Of a DNA stretch of 64,000 nt, positions 37,191 through 50,369 are shown piece by piece. This DNA is from Pavona decussata (lineage: Eukaryota). How positions within the stretch are numbered: position 1 is the first letter of the stretch; each line of letters opens with the position of its first letter. The position numbers and the translations under genes were made by a program. Where the stretch lies: contig CDRNST010000114.1 in the NCBI GenBank assembly GCA_977016875.1, positions 310,001 through 374,000 of the forward strand. Direction: 5' to 3'. The notes beneath the pieces were generated by a model. That model worked only from the letters and a program-made list of their open reading frames with translations, was not told the DNA's origin and made no database searches.

Positions 37191-37884
37191 ACAACAGCGA
37201 CTTCTTTATTTCTATGCTATTTGGAAACTGATATAATGGCGATATGCCACAGCACGTTTCACTGAGAAGGGGTTTTCATCACCGCGTTAGAGAGAGTTTA
37301 CACGTGCGTCAAAAATTATTTTCTGGAATGCATGGACAAATATTCCCCTTCTCTTACATCAAAGTTTAGGCTCTTTTCACTTTAGTGATGCACATTTCTC
37401 CATTATTTTTAAGAGACTCTCGATATGGTGACCACTCGCTGTAGTAGTGCTCATTTTCTTCTTTTATTATCGTTGTCCTCTGATTTTAATTAGTTAACCC
37501 AGTTTTCGCTAGAGAAACCAATATCCATGCCAGACATTCATCTAGCTTTTGCTCACAGCAGGAACAATGCAATGAAACCGAACATTGATCGCGCTCCTTT
37601 CTTCCATATATTTTGGGCAGCACGCAATATCATATATTTTCACACAGCGGTGACCACAGAAAGCAGTTTGCCTTTGCATCACTTGAAGAGGCAAAAAACT
37701 TGTTTAAGCGAGCATGGGTTTATATTTCCAGCATCGCTGAAGTAGCTAATCAAATCACTGTATTGGAAATTTAGTTAGACTGCCAGATAACATTTGGCAC
37801 TGATTTTCTTTTCCTTTTTAATTTTCGAATTTTATTGATTTACTTATTTATATATTTATTTGTTTGTTTTGTTTTTTTCTGTTT

Positions 37885-38290
37885 TGCCAAGAAACAGGTT
37901 TATATTTGGAAACCTCATCCGGGTTTTCCCAGCCTTGCTTAAGGACGGTGCTTACTAATACCGAAGTATTTTTGTGCGACTCGTGACTATGCGGGAAAAA
38001 CAGATCTTAGCAAGGGCTATTGGAATCCAAAAAGAAAATTGGGGGTAACCACGCATTCTTCAGAGATAATTAAGCAATAATATCTCTAAAAAGCGCCAAA
38101 ATATAAAGCAATGTATGGGATTTTTTCCTAAATTGAAGCTTAATTAACTCTGAAAAATGCATGGTTACCCCTAATTTTCTTTTGAGATACCAAAAGCACT
38201 TGCTAAGTTCTGCTTTCTCCGTATAGTTTTAAACCGCGCAAAATTATCCCTGTATTAGTAGGCACCACCCATAGGAAACCCGAGTATCTC

Positions 38291-38339
<49 letters not shown>

Positions 38340-39560
38340 GAGAGTTGTAATAGGAATAACTAATTTGTTGAGGAATCTCATGCTTTTATACAACATGTTT
38401 TATACAAGTCAATATACTTTTAGCTTTTATTTGACATGATTTGCCTGTCTTTAATTTTAGAAAAGTTTCTTCTTGGTTTCCAAGATAAATAACTCGCGTT
38501 TGTGTTTTGGTCGAGGAAGAACTGAATAGAATCATAATTCCTTGAACTTTTCGTAAATTATATATTCATATTCAATAGCAAAGCTTTCGTTATCATATCA
38601 ACATATCACGCTAAATTTTTTTTTTTTTAATAACACAGTTCACTCGGTCATTTCTTCATTTCCTTGACAAAGTTTCAGTTTCTGTAAAATCATAAAATGT
38701 AGCGGCTGCAAACATGGGAATAATTTTTCAGTTTAGTTATATCCACGACCAGATATGAATAACCACTTGCTTGGGTTCCGTCAGTCAGGCCCCTTCAGAT
38801 CCCTCGCTCAAGATGTTGCTCTTGATGGTGCAGTGTATGTGTCCGTGGTAAAGGAAACAAACAAGCAATTACGAAAAGAAAACTTCTAAAAATCATTCTC
38901 CACTAATTTCAAGCTATTGTCTTTTCACTAAATGTATCTTCCCTTTTGTACACCTTCGTAATCTAAAATAACATGACAGGCTAGGCGGGACTTGCATCGA
39001 CCCGTCGATCTATTTCATTCTAAAGTCCGATCCGATCCAAAAGGGTTTTGCTTAAACACGAATGAACACGCACTAATTGTTTTGTTTTGTTGTTTTTTAA
39101 TTAGAAATCTGTAACACATCTGTTAGCTTACAACAAATATATTTTAAAGGAAGTAGTTTCAATATAAATTTCACGTTTTTTTCTCTGCGATTATCACTGC
39201 TAACAGATCCCATTAATGAAACGCAGCTATGTAATCGTTTTTTTATTGCCCACTTTTTTTCCTCGCTCGTTCATCGCTAACAAACCAAAATTAGTAAATC
39301 TTTTGTTACTTAATCTTCCTTGGTCTAAGTTATGGAAGAAGGAAAAGTTGGAAAATTCACTCTCCGCTAATTTCAAGCTATTTTCGTGTTCAATACTGAT
39401 TGACCAATGAACTTTGGTCTTCCTGGGTTCTTAATCTAAAAAACTCATGATAATACAGAGACCTGCCTAGTCTCAACTCGCACTGACCATGGGATTTTTC
39501 ATTTTTAAGTCCGATTGAATAGCCAATGCGCTGACCACTAAACCAAAGCGCCGTCGCTAA
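37885..39560 (-). repeat. Further inverted copies of the ~1.2-kb unit, downstream of paralog B
   Basis: CCAGATATGAATAACCACTTGCTT, CAAGATGTTGCTCTTGATGGTGCA and CTAATTTCAAGCTATT match 12230-12450 in reverse; tRNA-like head at 39494-39552. Confidence 0.75.
37943..38335. mobile_element. Non-autonomous DNA transposon with TTAA flanks and GG termini (Kolobok-like)
   Basis: TTAA|GGACGGTGC.TACTA ... TAGTAGGCACCGTCC|TTAA; interrupts the unit at CCAGCCTTGCT.AAGAGAG. Confidence 0.85.
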
Positions 39561-40648
39561 TCAACCTTCTTTGTAGCCCAGAATTTTATAGCTTAAACTC
39601 TTTTGTGTTAACAAGCCCCCTGGTTTTAAAACATTTCCAAGTTCATCATATTCAGACATCTGAACGTTTTAAAGACCCTTTTCATAAAGAGTTTTAACGA
39701 AATGGTTTTGAGATTTTGGCAATCGCCAGTCATGGTGGTTTTGTGTCGAGTGTTGGAAAAAGTTTTTCCCTCCAACCTGAATGGGTCTGAATGGATGTGT
39801 TCTGTGAAATTTGATCTAATTGCATTATATAAAGTCAGCTCTCGCCTTGTGGATACCTTGCTATTACGGACACCTCGATAATAGTCTGAAATGTCAGCCG
39901 TCTCCTTCCCCCAACCCACAGGGGGGCCCCCTTTGGGTAAGGAGGAGGAGACGGCTGACATTTCAGACTACTCAATAATATGCACAGCAATAAAATCCCC
40001 GGCAGATTTTTTAAACCTTTTATCCCGGTGCGATTTGAGCTACTTGAATAGTTTTAGTCAGAAAAATAGCGTGATGTTGTTTTGTTGACCTTGCGTTACG
40101 CTACTTGACGTCACTACGGAAGTTGCTTATGATAACCTGTTCTTCTTAATCGCCTAATCCCCACCCTGTGGGGTCAGAACGATTAGTTTTGAGCAGAGAT
40201 TCATCAATGAGAAATGTGAGAAATTTTTCAGTGGAACCTTATTGACACCAGATAAATGATCGCCAAACCCATTAATTTATTGAGGAGCATTTAATACTTC
40301 GAACGCATGGATTGACAGTTGAAGATTATGGTTGACGGTAGTGATGGTTCGACGGAAAATTGGCAAACAAGAAAATAATGAGAAAATGAAAAAAACGTAC
40401 AAGTATCGGCTCCTTTGAAGTTTATTGATAAAACAAGCACACTGAACGTTGAACACTGAAGACTATATACATTGAGGGAGTATCTGACATTATAACATAA
40501 TATGATATTATCACAGTACACACTACTGTGACATTTTAAGCTAGTAACTTAAAATCTTACAATATATAGACTAAGCTACTGACAGATTACCCCGCAAGAG
40601 AGGATGAGGCCATCCTCTCCTGCTGTCTCTCTTGTACCGCAATATCTA

Positions 40649-40720
40649 TATCCTGCGAGCAGAGGCCTTATCTCTTCCCGACTTATCTAGGAAGATCGAA
40701 AGGCCTTTGCTCGCAGGGTA
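40649..40720. mobile_element. 72-bp palindromic micro-element
   Basis: TATCCTGCGAGCAGAGGCCT ... AGGCCTTTGCTCGCAGGGTA; flanks caatatcta / cgttatcta. Confidence 0.7.
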
Positions 40721-41652
40721 CGTTATCTAATACTCAATTGCGAACCAAACCAAGGCAGCTGTAACAAAGGCAACATAGAAATTGTCACTAAAGAAAGAAA
40801 CCTCGCGGCTCGTCCTTAATGGAATTTTTATAGCTACGTGAACTTGCCTAATTTCGAAGTTCTGCCTCTATTTTGAGAGACTCGTCAACATGAAGCGTTG
40901 CAGCAACCAATCTCGTAAACGGATCTAAAACCATCAGAAATAAAGGAAAAAACAATTTAAATGCATCCCAGTCTAATTGAAAGCGAATAAAAGGTAAGAA
41001 AATAATTTACCTTGCATCCATTTCTATCGGACGGTCCTATTTGGAGATTGAATTTCGATCGATAATTGCTCGAGTAAGCGTACTAATCAGGTTAAGATAT
41101 TTCTGCGATGTTTTCTTTTCCAAGTTAGTCCGGCGTGGATGTTTTTCCACCACAAAACGGTTTACATCAACTGATAATTTTGGTAAAGAACCAACCGCCA
41201 TGTTCACTTCTAGAAGACAACCGCTGACTAATATTGGAGTAGAGCTGGCTCATGTCAGGAAGGCGCAGGCCCCATTCTTTGTTTCGCGAAGGGGACTTGT
41301 TTTAGAAATACAATCAGTCTTCAAGGCATGATCAAGTGGATTGTAGGTTTGGGATAAGTACATGTTTTGTGATAAGTCTCTCAACCGCACACGAAATGAG
41401 CGAAATCTATTTTTCAAGTCCGAACGATTCCGTTTAAACGGACACTTCCTCCTTCCTTCCTACAAATACGCTTGATAACTTTTGCCATATTATTTCAATG
41501 ACAAAAATATCAGTAGGAACCCCCAAAGTTTAACCCGTGTCCTCTATACGAGTTCCTCGGGAGCCTTTAAGTATCCCTGCCTGTTACAAGGAACACCGGC
41601 ATTCTATTCCCCACCGTGGAATCCAATTATTATTATTTTATTTTTTTTTTTA

Positions 41653-41789
41653 ATAGAGTGTGTGCACGGCGGCCATGTTGGAGGACTAAAACAATAGACG
41701 ATATTTGCATAAAAATAGAATATATTTCCCAAAGGAAAATCACTGTATTGTTTCGGTCCTCCAACATGGCCGTCGTGCACACACTCTAT
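41653..41789. mobile_element. Short MITE (ATAGAGTGTGTGCACG.CGGCCATGTTGGAGGAC TIR)
   Basis: Near-perfect ~34-bp inverted termini. Confidence 0.85.
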
Positions 41790-42123
41790 AGGTGCTCCTC
41801 GCAATACAATTTTAGTTACACGTTACCTTTTCAGTTACATATATTAAATTGCGACATGTTGACAGTAATTTGTTGGAAATGCTCAAGACTTTCCATAAAA
41901 AATATAGAACTAATTCCATTTCTTTTGGCAGTTTTATCTGTGACGCGGCAACATCGCGTTTTTGCTTATACTTGAGACGCAAAAGTTTCAATTTGTTATT
42001 TTAGAACATTCGAAGTTTTTTTGAAAAAGTCTCTTGTCTACCGGCTAATATAGTGTCGTCATTTCCCTGAATTTGTGTGTAAACTTTAGTTTTAGGTGGT
42101 ATGGTTCAAGCCAACAGCTGACA

Positions 42124-42198
42124 TTCTCGGTAGTCAGTAGTGGTGAGTATCCCCTGCCAGTCAAGCGGGAGACCGGGGTTCGATTCCCAGCCGGGGAG
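42124..42198 (+). pseudogene. tRNA-Asp-GTC: tRNA-Asp(GTC) pseudogene
   Basis: Matches the eukaryotic tRNA-Asp body (TAGTGGTGAGTATCCCC...GCGGGAGACCGGGGTTCGATTCCC) but has insertions in the D and anticodon arms, A33 and no clear oligo-T terminator. Confidence 0.8.
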
Positions 42199-42929
42199 GT
42201 TGGAAACTTTGTTTATGTATGTCGCTCTAGCTCAGTCTATCAAAGCAATTATAAAAAGCAACCAGCACCAAAGAAAATTTGCTGGAGATTAACAGTCTTT
42301 CTCCGTTAGTACACTCACTTGGGGGGTTGGTTGGACGTATCTCGATATGCCTTAATGTGACAGCGTGATGCTGTTAGTGAGTTCATAAGTGCTAGATGTA
42401 TTAAAAGTCTACTTAGAAATATAAAAAACTCATCTGATTGTTACATCACAGGGTACTCACACAAACTGTGGGGGGATGCATGAAAGGCTCCGTCAGCTCC
42501 CGATAAACGTAAACTTACCTTACTCATTGTGATTTCAGGTTAATCACTTCTATGAGTGCAGACCGAATAGCGCTCCTTTCATTATTAGATAACGCACTAA
42601 TCAGTGGTCGAATTCTAACGATAATGTAACCATAAGCAACAAACAACAACTTAACAACAACAAACAACGACTTTATTCACTAACACAAATTACATTAATT
42701 GAAAATTTTGAGGATCCGCAGGTTGCAATAGCTTTTGAGCTATTCGAGGCGGACTCATTAGTGTTAAAAATTAAATCATTAAAGTAAATGTGTAATCATT
42801 GAATGAAAATAGACAAACGTTTAAATTTTCGGCGTCATCAATAAGGCAAATAATTTTTCATGTTCTTTAACGTGGAAAGATCATTACAACAGAGATACAG
42901 TCAGCGTAACAATCAAGCAAGTTTTAGCT

Positions 42930-43118
42930 CTATCCTTCAATCAACTCCCCGTGCAAACATCATGGTATGTAAGTCTGCATAAACCTAAACCACGCTGCAC
43001 AATTTCTGGCAGTTATCGTGTTCACGTTTCTCCTGTTCTCGCGGGGATCTTCAAAAGCCCCAACTATCCCTTCACGATGCTCATCTGGGATACGGTTTCG
43101 ACGAACTCTGCGCTCCAT
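42930..43118 (-). mobile_element. Internally deleted Tc1/IS630-like transposase remnant
   Basis: MERRVRRNRIPDEHREGIVGAFEDP (HTH-start-like) joined to NTITARNCAAWFRFMQTYIP*CLHGELIEG* (C-terminus-like); family assignment from memory only. Confidence 0.55.
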
Positions 43119-44237
43119 TACTGCTGCAAAACCAGTGTGCACATGTACAGCATCTTTTTCAAATTTAAGCATCGATATAAATTCAGCGGGAAATTAGTCA
43201 GAAACCACGTAACTAAAAATGTTTTGTAATTGAAATTTTATTCGCGAAATGTAACGTTAACCCTAGGTTAATGAATTTTCATTCGCACGAAAGAATGTTG
43301 TTTTCATAAAACGCTATTTTAATTGGCCTTAAATAATCTTCTTTTCGATGCACTCCTTAATGACTCTGCCACAAATTGAAATGTATCATTTCCTAGCTAA
43401 ACTGATTATACATTAATTTCGTTGACCAATATTTTCGCGGTAATAGAATTTATTTCCTGATAATGAAGGGCAAAAAAGGTGTAAAATAAAAGAACGAAAA
43501 CGGCTACTCTAGAAGCAATCTGATGGGGTTAATCAGTTTAATCGATGCGATGTGATATAGCGGTGCGTCACAAAACCATACAAAAAAATGGAAAAAAACA
43601 TCGCTGCTTAAATTTAGACTTCAATGCTCGTGGTTTAATCTGGAAGACCCCACCGTAGTCATTTTTAGTTAGTTCAGAATTTCAAGAAGGCCATGATTTC
43701 TTGAAAACAATTTGCGCAAAAATAATAAAAGAGTGTTAATCTATTACTTGTTTGTTTCGTTTCTAAGTATAAAAAAAGTTGTGCAGGGGAGGGAGGACTT
43801 TAACAAGAAACGATAGCAGCAACCAATATTTTGTACTTTTCATTGTATGCGGTACCACACGACGCGTAGAATGACAATTTTTCTTACAGTTAGCTGATGA
43901 AGGCATATATTACCAACTGTAACTCTGCGTATGCGTATATCCTTTCTGTCACACTTTTTATTTATTATTTATTTTTATTTTTTCACCACACACGTTACAA
44001 AAAAAAAAGATGAGCGGAAGAAAAAATATTTTCCATAGGAATAAAGTAGCGATAGCTTTGCTCCAAATTTTCCTATGTTCTGTGCCCTACATCCTGACAA
44101 TGGCTCTCAGAAAGCGATACATAACCAACGATTTAATACCATTCATCACAAAAAAAAAACTGAACTAAGCCCTATTGTTACTTATTGAGGACAGTTAGAT
44201 TAAAGGCATAAGGTTAAGTACGGTGGGCAACTTTATA

Positions 44238-44660
44238 CACGCTGTGTTTTTATAAGAACCTTTTTTATAAGAACGTTGAGGCTGAGATTAACCAAAATTT
44301 TAAGAACGTATTAAGAACATTCCTCAGGCTGAGACTCGGTTAAGAACGTTTTTATTTTACTAATCTGTATATATAAAATCAAGGTAACAAATGTAAATTA
44401 GCCAAAATACTTTTAAGTATTTTAAAAGGGCATGTTTTGTATAACATTAACAATGGAGACACATATCTCGGTTTGTCATAATCAGCAGTTCTTGATACCA
44501 TATCTCAGCACGTCCGCATTGATTTACTGAAATACATGTAGTGTATACCATGTAATTTAAGAACATCTTAAGAACGCTTTCAGCCTCAAATCGCAAAAAA
44601 ATACAAGAACTTTCAGCCTCAGCTCCAAAATAAGACGTTCTTATAAAAAAAAACAGAGTG
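44238..44660. mobile_element. TA-flanked MITE (Tc1/mariner-type) nested in an older MITE (~44211-44850)
   Basis: TA|CACGCTG..TTTTTATAAGAAC ... GTTCTTATAAAAAAAAACAGAGTG|TA; the host has TTGCAACTTGTCGCG / CGCGACAAGTTGCAA inverted blocks. Confidence 0.75.
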
Positions 44661-44995
44661 TATTGCAACTTGTCGCGTAACAGAAGAAACGTGGCAAATT
44701 TTGCAGAAAGAAGACACAGTTTATACGTCGCAAATATGAAAATCTGTTACGCGCCGCGGAAATGGTAGTAAGGAGAAAGAAACAATCGCAACTTGTAAGG
44801 TCACATTTGCTGCGCGACAAGTTGCAAGAGAACATTACCTGTATTGGCCTTCAGGGGGAGAAATTGAGTTTGACAGCTGGGTTAAAAAATACCCTACTTT
44901 ACGGGCATAATTGCTGGCTGTACGGTTTCAGAGGAATTTCTTGTTTAGGTATCACACGAAAGAATTTTTTGACTTGTGTCTTAAAATCCATGGAG

Positions 44996-45068
44996 GTTTC
45001 CGTAGTGTAGTGGTGATCACGTCCTCCTAACACGCGGAAGGTCGCCAGTTCAAGTCTGGCCGGAAACA
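44996..45068 (+). tRNA. tRNA-Val-AAC: tRNA-Val(AAC), one anticodon-stem mismatch
   Basis: 73-nt cloverleaf GTTTCCG...CT AAC AC...CGGAAACA; stem TCCTC/GCGGA has a T-C mismatch; oligo-T terminator follows. Confidence 0.8.
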
Positions 45069-45526
45069 TCTCTTTTTTTTTTCAGCTGTCACAAAGGAAG
45101 TTATATTTTGTAAAGGGTAAGCCTTTCTTCCTTCAAAAGACAGCGTGGTGTGTTTCGCTAGTTATTTTATTCATTTACTTTTCTTTTTGAAAAACAATTT
45201 TGCAGTTTTTTTTTTTTTCATTAGCAAAGTTGTCTCCTTTTTTATTGATTGCAGCTACTTTGCATCAGGAAAGAATAATGATTCAAGCCAGTTTTTTGTC
45301 TTGTTTGTTTGTTTGTTTGTTTGTTTGTTTGTTTTTTCACCCATGCTTTCCACTTGATAACATAAAAGTTTTGTTCATCCTAATTGCTTTAGATCGCCAC
45401 CAATTTATCACACTTGCGTTACATCCTAATTGGAATTTTGTTCTCATAAACAGCAATTTAAAGCTTGGAAAAAAATAACTGTATTTCCTTGGTGTTGTGG
45501 CACCCAATCAAAAAAACAATAATAAT

Positions 45527-45599
45527 TGTTTCCGGCCAGGCTTGAACTGGCGACCATCCGCGTGATAGGCGGACGTGATAACCACTACACTACGGAAAC
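45527..45599 (-). tRNA. tRNA-Val-type body carrying anticodon ATC (nominal Asp); function uncertain
   Basis: GTTTCCGTAGTGTAGTGGTTATCACGTCCGCCT-ATC-ACGCGGATGGTCGCCAGTTCAAGCCTGGCCGGAAACA; all stems pair; T7 terminator ~10 nt downstream. Confidence 0.75.
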
Positions 45600-48500
45600 T
45601 TCGGTAAGGCAATGGCAGATTTTATAAGTAATAAAGAATAGCTTGAAACTGAACATGTCAACTGAACAGCAACGATCAGAAAGCAATGGTTTGAACAGTG
45701 TTGGAAAATCTTATTCATGTCATAATGGAATCTCTATCTCCTTACTTGAAACATTAACCGCAGCTTATTAGAATCACACAACAAATACGCAATGTTTACG
45801 TAATGCTAACGGTCAGTCAAGTTTATTACGACACCAGCTGCACGCGAACTGAAACCAAAAAAAAAAAGAAAAGAAAAAACAAACAACAGACAAAAAGAAA
45901 GGGATTCAATTTTGAATATGTTGTTCGGTTAACTTGGTGTGTTTATGTTAAGCAGTGACACTTAGAGGATAACTAGTACGTCCAAAGATATCTCCTTTGA
46001 AAAGAGAGCACCAAAACTGAACGAAAAATAATAAAAGCAAATAAAGAAACACTGTGAATTTTGGGGTGATTTTTTGGTATATTTGGGAAGAGATAGTTTT
46101 TCTAGAAGGATTGGTAAATTAAGAGAAATAAGAAATATTGAAGATTTAGTGAAGTTTTAAAATTAGAATTTGTAGTTAAAAATTAATAGACGGATACCAA
46201 GTTAGTCCACTAGCAACCTGGGGTGCTCTTGCGTGGGTATCAACTGTCTGTTAGTGTTCCAAAAATCATTTTCTTTCCTCTATTCCTTCTTAAAACCTCT
46301 TCAAATTTCATTCAAATTTAGATGTATTCCCCCCTTAACGGGAAGTATCAAGCTAGTTTGGTGTCTTTCAAAACCCAAAAATGTTGTCTGTCAACAGAAA
46401 CATAAAAGTAATTGCCTAGTTTTGTGACAAATTATCTCCCTAGTGCAATAAAACTGTTGATTAGTGCCTCTGGCTAGAGACAGAGTAGGTTGGAATAGAT
46501 TGAAACTTAAAAAATGTTAGGCTAACGTTTTTCAAGTTCTCGTATTTTTGTTTTCAAAATGCGCTAGAACAGAACACGAGTTGTTCTTTTATAGCTTTGA
46601 GTTGATCTCTTTCCTCTCGTTGTTCTAAAATTGTTTTGTAGCTTTGTGAAGGTCTTATTTCACTATTTTTAACCAAACAGCTAAAAAACCCCATAAGACT
46701 TCCCCTTTAAATACTTTGACAATTTAATTTTCTTGGCTTTCGTGTGTTCTCCATTCACAAGGGACATGCCCAGCCCAGTTCAGCTGACGGAATAGCAATT
46801 AAAGCGGCATCGATTGGTTCCAGGACATTGCTGTTAGTGATCTATGCAGTCCTTCTATTTGATGCCAGACATTCAGTTCTGGTGGAAGCGTCTAATCGTT
46901 TGAGCAGTTGAATTTTCTTCCTGTACAGGAACCACGCCCCAAGAGAGTAGAGATAACAACAGCCACGAAACCATTGATCTTGGTGTTCAGAGGCAACGCG
47001 TGGTTCTGTGGGACACGCTTACGCTGGTGTCTAACGGAATAATACACTCGCTTTCGGGAGGTGGTTGTCTATGTCCTAAAGAAAGGCAGTAGCGTCATTT
47101 ACTATTTGCGAAATTTATCAAATATTTTGTATAATTCTGTGCCCATCGTGGTTTCATAGTGTGCGAGTATTACGTCCGCTTTACACACAGATGAAGTTGC
47201 CGGTTTGGGTTATTTTTGTTTTTCCGGCTTTCTACAGTAGATTTCTTCCTTTCTTTCGCGATCAGCCAAACAAACCATTTCGAAGAATGTTGTACTGGAG
47301 GATTCAGTGTAACATCCTGGCTAAATCTTGGCCGAACAATCCTAAAACTATGAATCTGAAAATAACTTTTTTTATACAAAACCCACGTGTCACGTCACAA
47401 AATACTGCACGATTCGTGGAGTAATTTGTTGCGTATGCCAAGAGTCTTCAGCGCCCGCCACTTTGAATTTCGCGAGGACCCTGGAGACTGAGCCTACATT
47501 CAAGAAAAAGCCAGTTTCTTTTTGAGAAAGAGTTTGCTTGAGAGATAACCGCTGCTCGAGCTAGAGGATGTGAACCCACTACGCGGGCGTTAGTATTTAA
47601 AAAAAATGGCAAATGTTTCACAGCGGGGAGAAAACAAGATGTTCAAATGCATCACGCTACAATTAAAATGGAAGTTAGTTTCTTCATTTCTTGGTTTACC
47701 TTCATGCTTATGAAAGTTATTCAAGAAAACTAATTCAAGCCTCAGTTGTTTCTCAGTGCTGTATTGCTGCAGTGACCGTTTGTTCTGTGAATCAGACCTC
47801 CTCATCAGTTATCTGCATGTCTCCTATTTTGACGCAGGTGATCAAAATGCTAACTAAAAAAAATTATTGTCTTTGCTGATGAACTTCTCATTGTAACGAA
47901 GCGACCAGGGGGGGCTGGCAGCTGCCTTTGATCTTGCCGCTTTTCGGAAAGTGATGATCGCCCCAGTAAAGAAATCTGTCAATCAATCGAAAACCGTAAC
48001 GAGCATGCGCGAAATGCGAAGGATTCATGCTATTTTGTCTGTGGCGACTCGACGGAGGAAAACGCATTCGTATTAAGTCATTGTTACTTTACTGTTAGCA
48101 TGTTATTTTGCGGTAGTACGAAGTTTGAACACTGCGATTAATCAAGACCGCTGGAATGAGGTGCCAGCTTTGTTTTAGGTTAGTAGAGTCGTCAGCAATG
48201 AAATTGCGAGCGACATGTTTTCAGCGAGTGTATGTGGTGAAGAATATGATTTGTAGTGTAGCGAACGATTATGGTTTTCGTCGTCTCAGGAAGATATTGT
48301 ACGTCGACAAAATAGTAGAGTTCAATTTCGATTGTTGTTCAGTTGAAGAAACTAGAAGCCACGCAGTGTTTCACGACTGTCATCGCGAAAGCCCAGAATG
48401 TAAGCTTATTCTCAAGATCGGCTTGGAACTTTAATGTAAGCGTATTAAAAGTATTTGTGCCACATTTTATGCGTATCAACTGTTGAAAGCGTCGTTACGA

Positions 48501-50369
48501 ATGAAACAGCATGTTTATTTTACGGAATTCTCCCTCTGTTTAAATGTTGCGTGACGACAGTTATTCCTGTAAGTTTAATTTTAATGCACAAATTGTTTAA
48601 ATGCATACACAAGGAAAACGGCTTGAGTCCTTAAGAAATTTTTGGATAAGAAAATTTTGCAACTGGAAAGGATAGCTGATAAAGATCTCAGAAGAAGATT
48701 GCTCAACATTATTGTGAATAGAGCTACCAGGTTTGTATGAGTGGTTGCAAGGGTGTTTGTCTCTTGTCTGTATGGGGAGATTAACTTACGTGAAAAGACA
48801 TTCAGGTCCTTATTCTCTCGTGCAAAAAATTGGGAAGTTGAGTTCAGTAGCACCGGGTGAACAATGTACTGGTACACTGAGATCTTGCAGAAACCACATG
48901 CATGTGCAGAAACCTTGGAAGGTACATGTAAATATTATTGTATTACCTGTCGCCCTTTACAATACAGATGTCCATGAACACCTGTATCGGTATGGTGGTT
49001 TTCCCCCATTGGTGGATGCCAAAATGGGGCTACTGGGAATACACCCTAACAACCAACTGCAAGGGAGATACAGTACCAAATAGATTCCGGGATGGTAAAT
49101 CAACCATGGTTTCTCTATGTATTGAACAGCCATTTCAAAGAAGACAATCTAAAAGTAAATTATCACCCCTTGATAACTGAAGTGTTTCTAGCAACTCGAG
49201 GATTAACCCAGCTGACCACATTACTCTGCAGTATAATTATGTCATCAAAACATGACAATATACATCAGAACTGTAACATACTGCAATACTGTTTAATTGG
49301 TACATATTGTGTAACATAGTCAAGTGTAATTAGCATATTGTAAATTATGCAATTACTGCACGTTTTCACACACTTGCACAGTGTAATGACTGGCTGGAGT
49401 ATTGCTGCGCCCTGCCTCTTTTATGTTCCAGTTCTCACCCCAGAGGTATGACAGACAAAATCTAAACTAATGAAAGATAACTTCATCTCTTTAAAATGAT
49501 GAGATTTATTACCAGCATACATAATGAATTCAAAAGTCAATATTTGTGGCTCACTCGGCAAAGTTGAAGAGCAAAATGCTGCTAACATCACCTCTCAACT
49601 GCTCACCATTTAGAAGAGATTAGAGACGAAAAATCTGTTGTTGAGAGTATGACAGTAACATTTTAACTTAAGCAAAACAGAGAATTAGATCATCAGAGCA
49701 TCCACAGTTTGTTGACTCCCAGTGGGTAGTTGCTGTAAAGGGAGAGATTCTACAGTGTACTTAAATGAAAAAATCTATAGGGAAGGTAACGATAAAGTGG
49801 AATGGAAGAAGTCTCACTGGTCTAGCCCTGTGAACTATGTGGGTCAGCTAGTCGTTGGTTACAGTATTTTCGTTTTTCGCTGCAGAATTTGCATCCGTGA
49901 TCCCTCTTGATGACCAAACTTCAGGTAAAAGAGAGACCGAAACTTTCCTGTGATGTTTGGACGTCGAATAGCCAAATTATTTGCGAATCCGCACAGACGC
50001 GCCTTCACATAAAATCGCCGCCATTTTTGTTTATCAAAAAATCGGTACTTAGTCTCGCTCGGTCAAATTTCTTAACTGGGGCGATCATCAATAGTCGGTT
50101 CCAGGCCTCGCTGCTAGCCCCCCCTGGAAGCGACAGTGCTATGTGGTGACCGTCCAATGCCCAGCTGGGGTGGGCTAATATGGAAAAAAAATTGCCCGGT
50201 GGAGATGGACGCTACTAGTATTGACTAAACATCAATATATACTAGACAAATGTTTTATCAAATAATTGAAGTTCCTGTCTTCAAAATTCGATTCTAGTCG
50301 GGCGCCTTGCACAAATATTGCCCGAAGCGGTTGTCAATCATTTCCTTGTCAACAAGGAAGTAACAAAAC

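Noticed and set aside
41010-41201. Minus-strand first-exon-like segment (aacATGGCG...AAG|GTAAAT)
   Set aside because: In-frame TAG before the donor and no downstream exon found; at best a decayed fragment.
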